A DNA stretch of 64,000 bases from Candidatus Latescibacterota bacterium (lineage in GTDB: Bacteria > Latescibacterota > UBA2968 > UBA8231): the NCBI GenBank assembly GCA_965208105.1, contig OZ242318.1, positions 4,782,117 through 4,846,116 on the forward strand. Direction: 5' to 3'. Below are positions 40,778 through 50,334 of the stretch, piece after piece (position 1 is the first letter of the stretch; the number at the start of each line of letters is the position of its first letter). Under the pieces are notes generated by a model, which did no database searches, was not told the origin of the DNA, and saw nothing but the letters and a program-made list of their open reading frames with translations. The position numbers and the translations under genes are program-made.

Positions 40778-40868
40778 ATTCATTGATTGCAGCTTCAAGT
40801 GCCGCATGGGGTCCATTTCCTTGACCGACGCTCCCACCCGGTGATTCCCGCCGAAAGAGGAAATTTTC

Positions 40869-42479
40869 ATGGCCGCAGCGAAGGTGGCCGCGCAGCGACA
40901 GGCATGCGAGTGGAGTTACATCTCCCGGAAGCCCTACGGCGATCCCTTCAACGAGGTGGAACTGGATGTGGTCTTCACTCACGAGGACGGCGACAGCCTG
41001 AGGCTGCCCTGTTATTGGGGAGGAGGCGGTGAATGGCGCGTGCGCTTCGCTCCCCCCAAGGCCGGAACCTACGAATACCGCACCCGGTGCACGGACGTTT
41101 CCAATGCAGACCTGCACGAGAAGAAGGGGACGTTGGAAGCAGCCCCGTACGCCGGGGAGAATCTGCTTCTGCAACGCGGTGCGCTGCGGCTCAGTTCCGA
41201 CCAGCGCCACTTCGAGCACGAGGATGGAACCCCGTTCTTCTGGCTGGGTGACACCTGGTGGATGGGGTTGAGCAGGCGCTGGTCATGGCCCGAGGATTTC
41301 CAGGAGCTGACGGCCGACCGTAAAGAAAAGGGATTCACCCTGATCCAGATCGTCGCCGGCCTTTACCCGGACATGCTGGCCTTCGACCGTCGAGGCGCCA
41401 ACGAATCCGGCTTCCCCTGGGAAGAGGACTTCGGCCGCATAAACCCGGCCTACTTCGACGAGGCCGACCTTCGCATCCAGTGGCTGGTCAAGTGTGGTCT
41501 GGTGCCCTGTATCTTTGCCTGCTGGGGCTGGTACATCGCGCTGATGGGCGTCGAGAGGATGAAGAAGCACTGGCGCTACCTGATCGCCCGCTGGGGTGCC
41601 TATCCGGTTGTGTGGTGCCTGGCCGGGGAGGCCCTCGCCGCATACTACGAGTCCGGGGACCTCGAGGGGGACAGGGAGGTGCAACGCCGAGGCTGGACCG
41701 CGGTAGGGCAATACCTGCGCGCCAATGATCCCTACCGGCGCCTGATCACCATTCACCCCTCCTCCTTGCGCGACTCGCGCGACCAGCTCGAGGATTCATC
41801 CTGCCTCGACTTCGGCATGCTTCAACTCAGTCACCGGGGCTACGATCACCTGCCCGCTCAGGTGCGGATTCTCAGCGACGCGGTAAATCTCAGGCCGCGG
41901 ATTCCGGTGGTGAACGCCGAGTCCAACTACGAGGGAATAAAGGGAGCGCATCACGCTGATGTGCAGCGCTTCGGGTTTTGGAGCTCAATGCTGTCGGGGG
42001 CGGCCGGTTTCACATATGGTGCCAATGGAATGTGGCAGATCAACCGCAGGGGAGATCCTTTCGGTCCCTCCCCCCACGGCGCCGCGTGGGGTAACACGCC
42101 CTGGGAGGAGGCCTGCCAACTTCCTGGAGGCAGGCAGGTGGCTCTGGGCCGGCGAATTCTGGAAGGGCTTCCATGGCGCCGGTTCGAGCCCCACCCGGAG
42201 TGGATAGAGTCCCCGCCAGGCAGCAAAGAGGCACTTCGGCCCCTGGCGGCCGGGATCCCTTCCAGGTGCCGCGTGTTCTACTTTCCGACTCCGATTTCTC
42301 CCCTCGGCAGGAGACCGCTGGTAAAGGGGATAGAGGCAGGCAGGACCTATCGCGCCCGCTACGTGAATCCGGCGGACGGAGAGGAGTATCCCTTGGGCGC
42401 GGTCAGGCCGAACCGTCGCGGCGAATGGGAGACCGGTGCAGCGCCCATCATGCACGACCTGGTCTTGATCATGGATTGA
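40869..42479 (+). CDS. DUF5060/DUF4038 protein (paralog)
   Basis: Same motifs as upstream gene (DPFNEVE, DGTPFFWLGDTWWMG, TYGANG). Confidence 0.82.
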   Translation: MAAAKVAAQRQACEWSYISRKPYGDPFNEVELDVVFTHEDGDSLRLPCYWGGGGEWRVRFAPPKAGTYEYRTRCTDVSNADLHEKKGTLEAAPYAGENLLLQRGALRLSSDQRHFEHEDGTPFFWLGDTWWMGLSRRWSWPEDFQELTADRKEKGFTLIQIVAGLYPDMLAFDRRGANESGFPWEEDFGRINPAYFDEADLRIQWLVKCGLVPCIFACWGWYIALMGVERMKKHWRYLIARWGAYPVVWCLAGEALAAYYESGDLEGDREVQRRGWTAVGQYLRANDPYRRLITIHPSSLRDSRDQLEDSSCLDFGMLQLSHRGYDHLPAQVRILSDAVNLRPRIPVVNAESNYEGIKGAHHADVQRFGFWSSMLSGAAGFTYGANGMWQINRRGDPFGPSPHGAAWGNTPWEEACQLPGGRQVALGRRILEGLPWRRFEPHPEWIESPPGSKEALRPLAAGIPSRCRVFYFPTPISPLGRRPLVKGIEAGRTYRARYVNPADGEEYPLGAVRPNRRGEWETGAAPIMHDLVLIMD

Positions 42480-42509
42480 CGGCGTCGAGGTATTTCCGGC
42501 CTGCCGGAA

Positions 42510-43253
42510 TCAGGAGCTCTTTTCCTTCTTTCCGGAACCATAGGCGTGTCCCTCCAGGATGCTTCTGACCTCCCCCGCTGTACTGGCTTCCCTCAAAACG
42601 CTCAGGCGGGCTGCCTCCTCCTCGAGCAGGGCTTTCACGTTGGCGTGGACGGAGGGAAGTTTGTCTGCGGGGAACTTGCAGGCCCCGTTTTCATCCATGT
42701 GGACGATTTCCCCCGGAGAAACGTCCATCCCGGCAACGCTGACGGGTACGTTTACCGCGTGAACGGCCATGTCTCCATGTCCGGGAGTGACGCCGCTGAG
42801 CATGAGCTGGAAGTTCATCGGGCGGATTTCGTCTATGTCGCGCGAAGGGCCGTTGGACAGGAGCCCGATGCAGCCCACGGCTTTCATGGCGGTGGTCATG
42901 TTGCCGCCGACCAGGCCCACCTTTCCGGCCACTTCAGGAGGGTACTTCTGTTGCAGGACCAGAATTGTCGGCTTGGGCGAGGCATACAGGGCGTCGATCA
43001 CGTCCATGAAGCTCAGGCGGGTGAAGTTCGGATCGGGAAGGCCATAGACGCAGGTTACGGCGTGGCCGGCCGTTCTTCCCAGTTCCGGATAGATGCAGCG
43101 GACGGTGTGATCAGTGTACCAATTCTCGGTCCACGGGTTGTAGAGCCCGAGACAAAGAGGGTTTTTGGGGTAGGTGGCAACCACATTGGTTATGGAGGGA
43201 GTGTCGTAGTTGCACAACTCTTTCAATATCTTCCCATCGGTCGATTTTTCCAT
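42510..43253 (-). CDS. RraA/HMG-aldolase family protein
   Basis: DTPSITN, GGNM, GPSRDIDE, PGEIVHMDENG. Confidence 0.82.
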   Translation of the reverse strand: MEKSTDGKILKELCNYDTPSITNVVATYPKNPLCLGLYNPWTENWYTDHTVRCIYPELGRTAGHAVTCVYGLPDPNFTRLSFMDVIDALYASPKPTILVLQQKYPPEVAGKVGLVGGNMTTAMKAVGCIGLLSNGPSRDIDEIRPMNFQLMLSGVTPGHGDMAVHAVNVPVSVAGMDVSPGEIVHMDENGACKFPADKLPSVHANVKALLEEEAARLSVLREASTAGEVRSILEGHAYGSGKKEKSS

Positions 43254-43454
43254 TGATGCTCTCCTGGTTGCTAGGTGCGATTTCAGATTGACTGCCAGAC
43301 ATTGCGGGCCTGATTACATTACATACTAAAGCAGCGGGGCGGGTCCATCAAGCTGCAGGGGAGGCGGCGGCATTCTGCGCGGATTCATTGGATGCCGCGG
43401 TTGGATCTACCTGCGGGCAAGGCGGCAAGTCCCTTCAAAGCCAAAGGGGAGAAA

Positions 43455-44843
43455 ATGGGAACTCTACCAAACGAACGAGAATACACAGGCGAACGAGAAT
43501 ACAACGGGAAAACGCCCACGTCGAGAGCTCTGTATCAGCGCGCCCTCAAGGTGTTTCCCGGGGGGATCACCCATGATTCCAGGCTCATGCGGCCCTATCC
43601 TATCTACATCGCCAGGGCGAGGGGAGCGCGGAAATGGGACGTGGACGGCAACGAATACGTGGATTATTTCGGTGGACACGGAGCCCTCCTTCTGGGACAC
43701 GCTCATCCTGAGGTGGTCGAAGCGGTGCGGAGGCAGAGCGCCAGGGGGACGCAGTACGGGGCGTCGCACGAGCTGGAGCTGGAATGGGCGGAACTGATCG
43801 TCGAAATGGTGCCTTGCGCCGAGAAGGTGCGCTTCACCAGCTCCGGCACCGAGGCCAGCATGCTGGGCATCCGGCTTGCCAGGGCTTTCAGCGGCAAGGA
43901 CAAGATCGTTCGCTTCGTTACCAATTTCCACGGCTGGCACGACCAGGTTGCCTTCGCCTCCGTTTCCCACTTCGACGGGTCCATCCCCGCGGGCATCCCC
44001 GCGGGGACCGTCGAAAATATCATTCTCTGCCCACCCAACGATATCGAGCAGTTGACCCGAGTTTGCAATGAGCGCGACGATATTGCCGCCGTCATGATCG
44101 AGCCCACCGGCTCGGGATTCGGCCACGTGCCCACCGGGGGTGAGTTTCTCGCCCAGGTGCGTAAGCTCACCCGGGACCGGAATATTCTGCTGATATTCGA
44201 CGAGGTGATATCGGGATTTCGCGTCGCTCCGGGGGGCGCCCAGGAGCACTACGGGGTAATCCCCGATCTGACCCTTCTTGCCAAGATCGTAGCGGGGGGC
44301 TATCCGGGCGGGGCCCTGGTTGGCCGTGCGGACATCCTCGATGTCCTGGAAGTGAAGCGCGATCCAAGGTGGAATCACGAGCACAGGGTCTCCCATCACG
44401 GAACCTTCAACGCCAACCCCCTGGCTGCCAGCGCGGGCATTACTGCCCTCAAGCTGGTCTCCGGCACTGACGTTATCCAGAGGGCAAACCGCAGCGGCCG
44501 GATGCTGCGCAATGCCTTGAACCAGGTCGTGAGGGACGAGGGGGTCAACTGGATTGTATATGGAGAGTTTTCCGATTTTCACATATTCACCAACCAGGAC
44601 AACGAGGATGTGACCCTGGAGGATATCCATGCGGGAAGAGTGCACTACACCAGGTTGAAGGAAGGGACCCCTGCGCATTTGGGATTCGGGATCCGCGCCG
44701 GATTCATCGTCCGGGGAGTGGACATCGCCGGCTGGCCTGGAGGAATGCTCTCGGGTGTCCATTGCGAGACGGATATCGAGCATACGGCCACGGCATTCAG
44801 GGAAATGATCGTCCAATTCAAGCAAGAAGGGCAGGTGGCTTGA
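43455..44843 (+). CDS. Class III aminotransferase (GSA aminomutase-like)
   Basis: WDVDGNEYVD, FTSSGTEA, FHGWHD, LIFDEVISGFR, PLP Lys in LAKIVAGG, GTFNANP. Confidence 0.9.
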   Translation: MGTLPNEREYTGEREYNGKTPTSRALYQRALKVFPGGITHDSRLMRPYPIYIARARGARKWDVDGNEYVDYFGGHGALLLGHAHPEVVEAVRRQSARGTQYGASHELELEWAELIVEMVPCAEKVRFTSSGTEASMLGIRLARAFSGKDKIVRFVTNFHGWHDQVAFASVSHFDGSIPAGIPAGTVENIILCPPNDIEQLTRVCNERDDIAAVMIEPTGSGFGHVPTGGEFLAQVRKLTRDRNILLIFDEVISGFRVAPGGAQEHYGVIPDLTLLAKIVAGGYPGGALVGRADILDVLEVKRDPRWNHEHRVSHHGTFNANPLAASAGITALKLVSGTDVIQRANRSGRMLRNALNQVVRDEGVNWIVYGEFSDFHIFTNQDNEDVTLEDIHAGRVHYTRLKEGTPAHLGFGIRAGFIVRGVDIAGWPGGMLSGVHCETDIEHTATAFREMIVQFKQEGQVA

Positions 44844-44891
44844 GGAGCTGCTCCCATGGCCGGAAAGCGGTGATTCCACCTGCACACTTCC

Positions 44892-46082
44892 ATGCCCGAT
44901 CACAGTAAATTCTCTTCGCGGATCCACCTGAGGTGGTGCTGCCTGCTCCATCTCATAACCGACGGCCACAGCGCCAGCCTGTCCCTGCTGCTGCCATTCA
45001 TTACTGCTGACCTGGGTCTGAGCTATGCCCAGTCCGGTCTGCTCAGGAGCGCCAGCCACGGGGCCATCAGCGTCGCCCAGATTCCCGCGGGCCTGCTGGC
45101 GGAGCGCATCGGCTCGGTTTGGATGCTGGGGCTGGGAACGGCGCTCCAGAGCGCCGGCTACATTGCCCTGTTGCTGGCCGTTGGCTATCCCCTGACACTG
45201 ATACTGATCCTTGCCGCCGGAATCGGGGGCGGGGTCTATCATCCTGTGGGCACCGGCCTGGTCTCCAACCTTTATCCGCCGGAGAGAACAGGTCCGCCGA
45301 TCGGCACACTGAACTTCTTCGGCGATGTCGGCAAGGTGATCTTTCCCGCTCTGGCGGGCGTACTGGTCGTCCGGGTGGGCTGGCAGGGAAGCTTCGCCTC
45401 CCTCGGATGTATAGGAATGGCCGTGGCTCTTCTCTACCTTTTCTTCTTCCGCAGGGAGCTCTTCCCCGTGCGGGAGAAGCGGCCAAAAAGGAATAGAGGC
45501 GGAAGAGGGTCGTGGAAGAAGGGGATCAGGCAGCCGGTCCAGTTCTCCATTTATTCCACCCTGGGATTCCTGGATGAGACCATCCGCAGCGGCTCTTTCA
45601 CCTTCCTCGGGTTCATGCTTATCGCCAACGGCATCGAGAAAGGGGACATCGGCTGGTACCTGTCTTTGACCTTCTTCGGCGGCGCCTGCGGCAAGCTACT
45701 CTGCGGCATGCCGATCGCGAGATTGGGAGCAAGGCGGATCATTGTAATCACCGAACTGCTCGTAGTGGCCGGCTGCCTGGCGCTACCGTCCATGTCTTCC
45801 GGGTGGCTGCTGTTCGTTCTCCTGCCGCTTTTCGGCTTTGTCCTCAATGGAACATCTTCGGTGATTTATATCGGGCTTGTGCCTACCCTGGAGGCGGAGT
45901 ACAGGAGCCGGGGCTACGCCCTGTACTACACCATAAGTTTCATCGCCGCGGCCATTGCACCGTATATCTTTGGACTCGTGGCTGATATGTTCGGCCTCAA
46001 CGCGGTCTACTATGGCGCCGCGCTGGTTCTGCTGTTGGGTCTGCCCCTGGCGGCTTTTCTCAAGGAGGGAAGGCAAGGATGA
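44892..46082 (+). CDS. MFS transporter (Fsr-like)
   Basis: About 12 TM helices, LAERIG, GGGVYHP. Confidence 0.85.
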   Translation: MPDHSKFSSRIHLRWCCLLHLITDGHSASLSLLLPFITADLGLSYAQSGLLRSASHGAISVAQIPAGLLAERIGSVWMLGLGTALQSAGYIALLLAVGYPLTLILILAAGIGGGVYHPVGTGLVSNLYPPERTGPPIGTLNFFGDVGKVIFPALAGVLVVRVGWQGSFASLGCIGMAVALLYLFFFRRELFPVREKRPKRNRGGRGSWKKGIRQPVQFSIYSTLGFLDETIRSGSFTFLGFMLIANGIEKGDIGWYLSLTFFGGACGKLLCGMPIARLGARRIIVITELLVVAGCLALPSMSSGWLLFVLLPLFGFVLNGTSSVIYIGLVPTLEAEYRSRGYALYYTISFIAAAIAPYIFGLVADMFGLNAVYYGAALVLLLGLPLAAFLKEGRQG

Positions 46083-46200
46083 TGGCTTCGGCCACAGGCG
46101 CTCACTGCCGACGGGGAAGATCAATACCGTGAATGCAATCGGGCTGTGGGCAATCTTCTTCGGGATACCATGCAGGCCGCGGCTGCCGCACCAGAGTGGA

Positions 46201-47103
46201 TTGCGGAAGCACGGAGCGTCTGGTGCCGTGAACCTGGCCGTTGTTGCATGGCTGGCAGGCTGCGGGGCGGACGGCGGCATATCTCCCTCCGGTCCGGTGG
46301 TCCTCGAAGGCGACTATGCGATCAGGTCTCGGGAGGACATCGCCAGCCTCCGCAAGCTCGGAGGGGATTCTTTCAGCATTACCGGAGGCCTGCTCATCAT
46401 GCGCTCGGACCTGACTTCCCTGGAGGGTCTGGGCAATCTCACCGGTATAGGGAGGTCCCTGGAAATCCGCTTCAACGAGTCGCTGACATCCCTCAATGGC
46501 CTTGACAGACTCACAAGCGTGGGGGACAGCCTCATGGATACCGGGACTCCCCTGGGTCAGTCACCGGCCCCTGAGATTCAGCCGCAGGCATCGAACGCGA
46601 AACGCGCTCACGTGGTAGAGGGTTTCATCGTTACGGACAATCCGCTGCTGACCACCATGGAAGGGGTCGAAAGACTCGCCTTCGTGGGTGGGGGACTGTC
46701 CCTTATTTACAACAGCACCTTGCACTCTCTTCAGGCTCTGAGCAATCTCACCCACATCAGGGGGAGTGTCGATATTCTGGCCAACGATGCTCTGGCCAGT
46801 CTGGATGGATTGCAGCAGCTCACCGGAGTGGAGGGCTATTTCGAGGTGGGGGTAAACCGGTCGTTGCGGGACCTGGACGGATTGAGAAATCTGGCGGAGG
46901 TCGGGTCTGACCTCGTGATCTGGTTCAACGACTCCCTGCGCAATCTCGAAGGACTGGACAAACTGGCCCGCATAGGTGGCCAGGTGATTCTGGACCACAA
47001 CCCGGTTCTTCCGGACGATCTTGTGCAGGAGTTCGTGAAAAAGATCCGGGCAAGCGGGTACAGCGGCGAGATCATTATTCCCCAGAGGCCTTCACCCGAT
47101 TGA
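46201..47103 (+). CDS. Receptor-L-domain/LRR-type repeat lipoprotein (~8 repeats)
   Basis: Lipobox LAGC; 24-aa repeats (L.I..N..L.SL.GL..L); start uncertain, TTG 46201 chosen. Confidence 0.75.
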   Translation: MRKHGASGAVNLAVVAWLAGCGADGGISPSGPVVLEGDYAIRSREDIASLRKLGGDSFSITGGLLIMRSDLTSLEGLGNLTGIGRSLEIRFNESLTSLNGLDRLTSVGDSLMDTGTPLGQSPAPEIQPQASNAKRAHVVEGFIVTDNPLLTTMEGVERLAFVGGGLSLIYNSTLHSLQALSNLTHIRGSVDILANDALASLDGLQQLTGVEGYFEVGVNRSLRDLDGLRNLAEVGSDLVIWFNDSLRNLEGLDKLARIGGQVILDHNPVLPDDLVQEFVKKIRASGYSGEIIIPQRPSPD

Positions 47104-47115
47104 TCGGGGCCTCCC

Positions 47116-47595
47116 TCAGGGATCTGTGCAGGTGAAGTCCCGGCCCTCGGTGCAGCCGGTGTGGCAGCCGATACAGGAAGGCAGCTGGCCCGATTCCAGG
47201 ATCTCCCTGTTGGAGTCGAGTTCCTGCCATTCCCAGTCCCCTCCGGAGGGGGCGGTTCCGCTGCTGCCTTTGCGCATGGCGACGTAGCCTGCCAGCTTTC
47301 TACACCCTGGGTCGCTGTGCAGGACTTTCACCAGCACAGTGCCCTGAGCCAGGGGATAGTCTCCATCGACATAGGCCCCGGCCTGCTCGGGGCTGGCGTA
47401 GACGAGGATGTTGTGGCCGTCGTGCGCGCTGCTGAAGCGACAGTCGCGCACCTGGATGTAGGTATCGGTGAATCGCGGCGGAAAGAGGGCTTCCTCGAGG
47501 CCGGCATCGGCGGATTTGCCGCTGCAGGCCATCCCGGCAAACAGCGGGGAAAGGAGCAGGGCGATCCACCGCAGGCGATCGAGTCCGGAGCTCAC
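47116..47595 (-). CDS. Cytochrome P460 family lipoprotein
   Basis: Lipobox GMAC; GTVLVK, MRK, GDWEW, single C-terminal CIGCH followed by DF. Confidence 0.75.
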   Translation of the reverse strand: MSSGLDRLRWIALLLSPLFAGMACSGKSADAGLEEALFPPRFTDTYIQVRDCRFSSAHDGHNILVYASPEQAGAYVDGDYPLAQGTVLVKVLHSDPGCRKLAGYVAMRKGSSGTAPSGGDWEWQELDSNREILESGQLPSCIGCHTGCTEGRDFTCTDP

Positions 47596-48809
47596 TTGTA
47601 GACGATTCTGATGCGGTTGTTGTGGGTGTCGGCAATGTAGAGGTTGCCCTCGCGGTCCAGCGCCACCCCGTATGGACGATTGAGTTTCGCCTCTCGGGGA
47701 TGCCCGCCGTCACCGCCGTAACCAATCTCGCCGCAATTGCCTGCGACCGTGGTGATGATGTTGTTGGTGTCGACCATGCGGACGCAGTGGTTGAAGGTGT
47801 CGGCGATGAAGACGTTGCCCTCCAGGTCGACGGCCACGTCGCAAGGCCAGCCTAGGCTGGCTTCGGTGGCAAGGGTGCCCTCCCCGGAGTACTCGACCTG
47901 CTCGGACAAGCTGCTCAACTGGTGGCTCTCGATTTCGATATCGCCGGTCTGTATTTCTTCGTCGAAGAGCTTGAAGCCGGCGATGGTCGTGATAATGCCG
48001 GTCTCCGCGTCTATCCTGCGGATGCGGTTGTTGAGAGTGTCCGCAACGTAGATGTTGCCGAACCAGTCGGTGGCGATGCGGCTGGTGGGCTGTGCCGACT
48101 GGCCTGTGGGGGCGTAGAGCTGGGCATTGGAGGCCGGACCGCCGTCGCCTCCGAATCCAGGATCTCCATTGCCCGCAATGGTTGTGATGATGCCGTTGAG
48201 ATCGACCATGCGGATGCGCTGGCTGGCCTGGTCCGAAATGTACATGCGGCCTGCCGGATCGAAGGCGGTGGAGCTGGGCAGATTGACACTGGCGGAGACG
48301 GCCTGGCCGCCGTCTCCGCCGTATTCGCGGGCGCCGGTGCCGCATATGGGTTGGATGTAGCCGGTCCCGGGGTCGTAGCGCAGGATCTTCGAGTTGTGCC
48401 AGGCCGACATGACCAGGCGTCCCTGCGGATCGAAGGAGATGTGAGTCGGATGGTTGAGGCCGATCTGTAGAGCCGGACCGGGTGGCGCCGACCCCAGCTC
48501 GCCGGTGCCGATGAAGGTCCAGATGAGGCCGCCGTCGACGACGCGCACGCGGTGGTTGTTCCAGTCCAGGAGGTAGAGGCGATCGTCGGGGCCGATGGTC
48601 ATGTCCATGGGCAGGTAGAGTTCGGAATCCAGGGGCGGAACCCCCTCCCCGCCGAGCCCGGCTTGCCCGGTTCCAACCACGGTAGTGATGAAGGAATAGG
48701 AATCCTCCGAGTCGCCGGGAGAGGAAGGGGAGAGGTCGCAGGCCGCCGCGCAAAGTGCCATCAGGAAGGCCAGCGCGGTCCATGCGGGCTGACGCCCGAA
48801 GCCCATCAT
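47592..48809 (-). CDS. NHL-repeat beta-propeller lipoprotein
   Basis: Lipobox AAAC; repeated YIADT.N.RIR / GDGGPA..A.L..P motifs. Confidence 0.88.
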   Translation of the reverse strand: MMGFGRQPAWTALAFLMALCAAACDLSPSSPGDSEDSYSFITTVVGTGQAGLGGEGVPPLDSELYLPMDMTIGPDDRLYLLDWNNHRVRVVDGGLIWTFIGTGELGSAPPGPALQIGLNHPTHISFDPQGRLVMSAWHNSKILRYDPGTGYIQPICGTGAREYGGDGGQAVSASVNLPSSTAFDPAGRMYISDQASQRIRMVDLNGIITTIAGNGDPGFGGDGGPASNAQLYAPTGQSAQPTSRIATDWFGNIYVADTLNNRIRRIDAETGIITTIAGFKLFDEEIQTGDIEIESHQLSSLSEQVEYSGEGTLATEASLGWPCDVAVDLEGNVFIADTFNHCVRMVDTNNIITTVAGNCGEIGYGGDGGHPREAKLNRPYGVALDREGNLYIADTHNNRIRIVYK

Positions 48810-50092
48810 GGGTGCCTCTGCTCCGGCAGGTTTACCCGGCGAATGCGGTGGTTGTAGGTGTCGGCAATGTAGAGGCGCCCCCGGGCGTCGAACTCAATTC
48901 CCGCGGGCCGGTTCAAGGAAGCTTGCTGGGCAGGTCCCCCGTCACCCGAGAAACCGGCAAGCCCGTTGCCTGCAACGGTAGTGATGGTCCCGGTGGACAG
49001 GTCCAGGGCGCGGACGCGGTGATTGTGCTCGTCGGCAATGTAAAGACGGCCATCGGGGCCAAACTGTATGTCGCGCGGATTGTCGAAGGAGGCCGCAAGG
49101 GCGTCGCCGCCGTCGCCTCCAAACCCGGCGAATCCGTTGCCGGCCACCGTTTCGATTAGATTGAGGGCGAAATCCACCCGTCGAATGCGATTGTTCATGC
49201 TGTCGGATATGTAGAGGCGATCCTGCGGTCCGAAGAAGAGCGCACCCGCAGGTGGGGGGTTGCTGCCTGCCGGCATGCGGATTTTCGCCCACAGCGGGGG
49301 ACCGCCGTCACCTCCGAAGCCCGCCTCTCCCGTTCCCACGACGGTTCTGATTATGCGGTCGACTGGATCGATCCGGCGCACGCGCTGGTTGCGCTGATCC
49401 AGTATGTAGAGCCCGGCGTCCGGACCGAGCACGGTCTGGCTCGGCTGGCTCAGAAGGGCGGAGCGGGCAGGTCCGCCGTCGCCCTCGAAGCCCGCGTCGG
49501 CGCCGCACATCACCTGCACCAGGCCGGTTGCGGGGTCGTAGGTGCGCAGCTTGTGGTTGTGCCATGCCGTCAACAGCAGGAGGCCGTCGGGCAGGGGCTG
49601 GAGGTGGGTTGGGTGGTTGAGCAGCACGGTTGGACCGGGGGCACCCGGGGGTATCTGATCGGACTCGTCGTAGGGTCCGTCCCCCACAAAGTCGGCACCG
49701 ATCACCGTTTCCAGGGTGCCGTCCCCGGCGGCGCGGCGTACTCGGTGGTTGTTCCAGTCGAGGACGTAGATCTCACCCGCGGAAGTGATGGTGAGATCAA
49801 CAGGCCAGTAGAATCTGGAGCTTAGAAGGGGTTGGCCATCGCCGTCCCAACCCTGCCTGCCCGTACCCGCCCAGGTGCAGATGGTGCCGGCGAGATCCGA
49901 GCAAAGGGATTGGGGGACTTCCTCGGCGGGCTCCCCATCGGGTCCTGCACTTTTCGAACATCCGCTCGAGGATGCGAGGGCCAGACCCAGAAGGACGGTG
50001 GCGGCATGGCGCACCGGGAGGATCCGCCGGCGATGGACAAGGATTGCAGCAAATGAGGTCATATTGCCAGCCACTGGTTCATCCGATTCCAT
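48806..50092 (-). CDS. NHL-repeat beta-propeller lipoprotein (paralog)
   Basis: Lipobox-like SSGC; DWNNHRVR, LNHPTH, AWHN shared with neighbour; start uncertain. Confidence 0.86.
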   Translation of the reverse strand: MESDEPVAGNMTSFAAILVHRRRILPVRHAATVLLGLALASSSGCSKSAGPDGEPAEEVPQSLCSDLAGTICTWAGTGRQGWDGDGQPLLSSRFYWPVDLTITSAGEIYVLDWNNHRVRRAAGDGTLETVIGADFVGDGPYDESDQIPPGAPGPTVLLNHPTHLQPLPDGLLLLTAWHNHKLRTYDPATGLVQVMCGADAGFEGDGGPARSALLSQPSQTVLGPDAGLYILDQRNQRVRRIDPVDRIIRTVVGTGEAGFGGDGGPPLWAKIRMPAGSNPPPAGALFFGPQDRLYISDSMNNRIRRVDFALNLIETVAGNGFAGFGGDGGDALAASFDNPRDIQFGPDGRLYIADEHNHRVRALDLSTGTITTVAGNGLAGFSGDGGPAQQASLNRPAGIEFDARGRLYIADTYNHRIRRVNLPEQRHP

Positions 50093-50166
50093 GCAAAAAC
50101 AAAATAATTTGAGCTATGGTTGTCAAAACCATGACCGGGCATCCTCGCGATGAACCAAACGGTGAA

Positions 50167-50334
50167 TTAGTGTCCCGTCGCAGAAATATGTCGCCGTTAT
50201 TCCGCCGATCCATCCCGGCTCACGGCGTTGCCTTCACTCGCCGTACACCACTGGTACGACTCGCTCAGGCGCCTTGTGAGCCGGGCGCCTCGGCGGCCCG
50301 ATTGCGTCAACCTATCTCTGCCGCGTGACACTAG
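50167..50334. mobile_element. MITE/REPIN-like palindromic element, copy 2 (168 bp)
   Basis: Reverse complement of 8770-8937 with a few substitutions; right TIR degenerate (TCTGCCGCGTGACACTAG). Confidence 0.8.

Noticed and set aside
43472-43503. 14-bp direct repeat CGAACGAGAATACA near the aminotransferase start
   Set aside because: In-frame 18-nt-period duplication (EREY twice) in a variable N-terminus; probably neutral
43455-44843. Calling the aminotransferase hemL
   Set aside because: Lacks the typical GGVNSPVR and YHGH motifs and has no heme-synthesis neighbours; left at family level
50116-50328. Recurrent peptide [13 protein letters not shown] in three ORFs (also 8770..9324 and 26535..28022)
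   Set aside because: Translation of the repeated palindromic element; no consistent start or RBS, so not treated as a protein family
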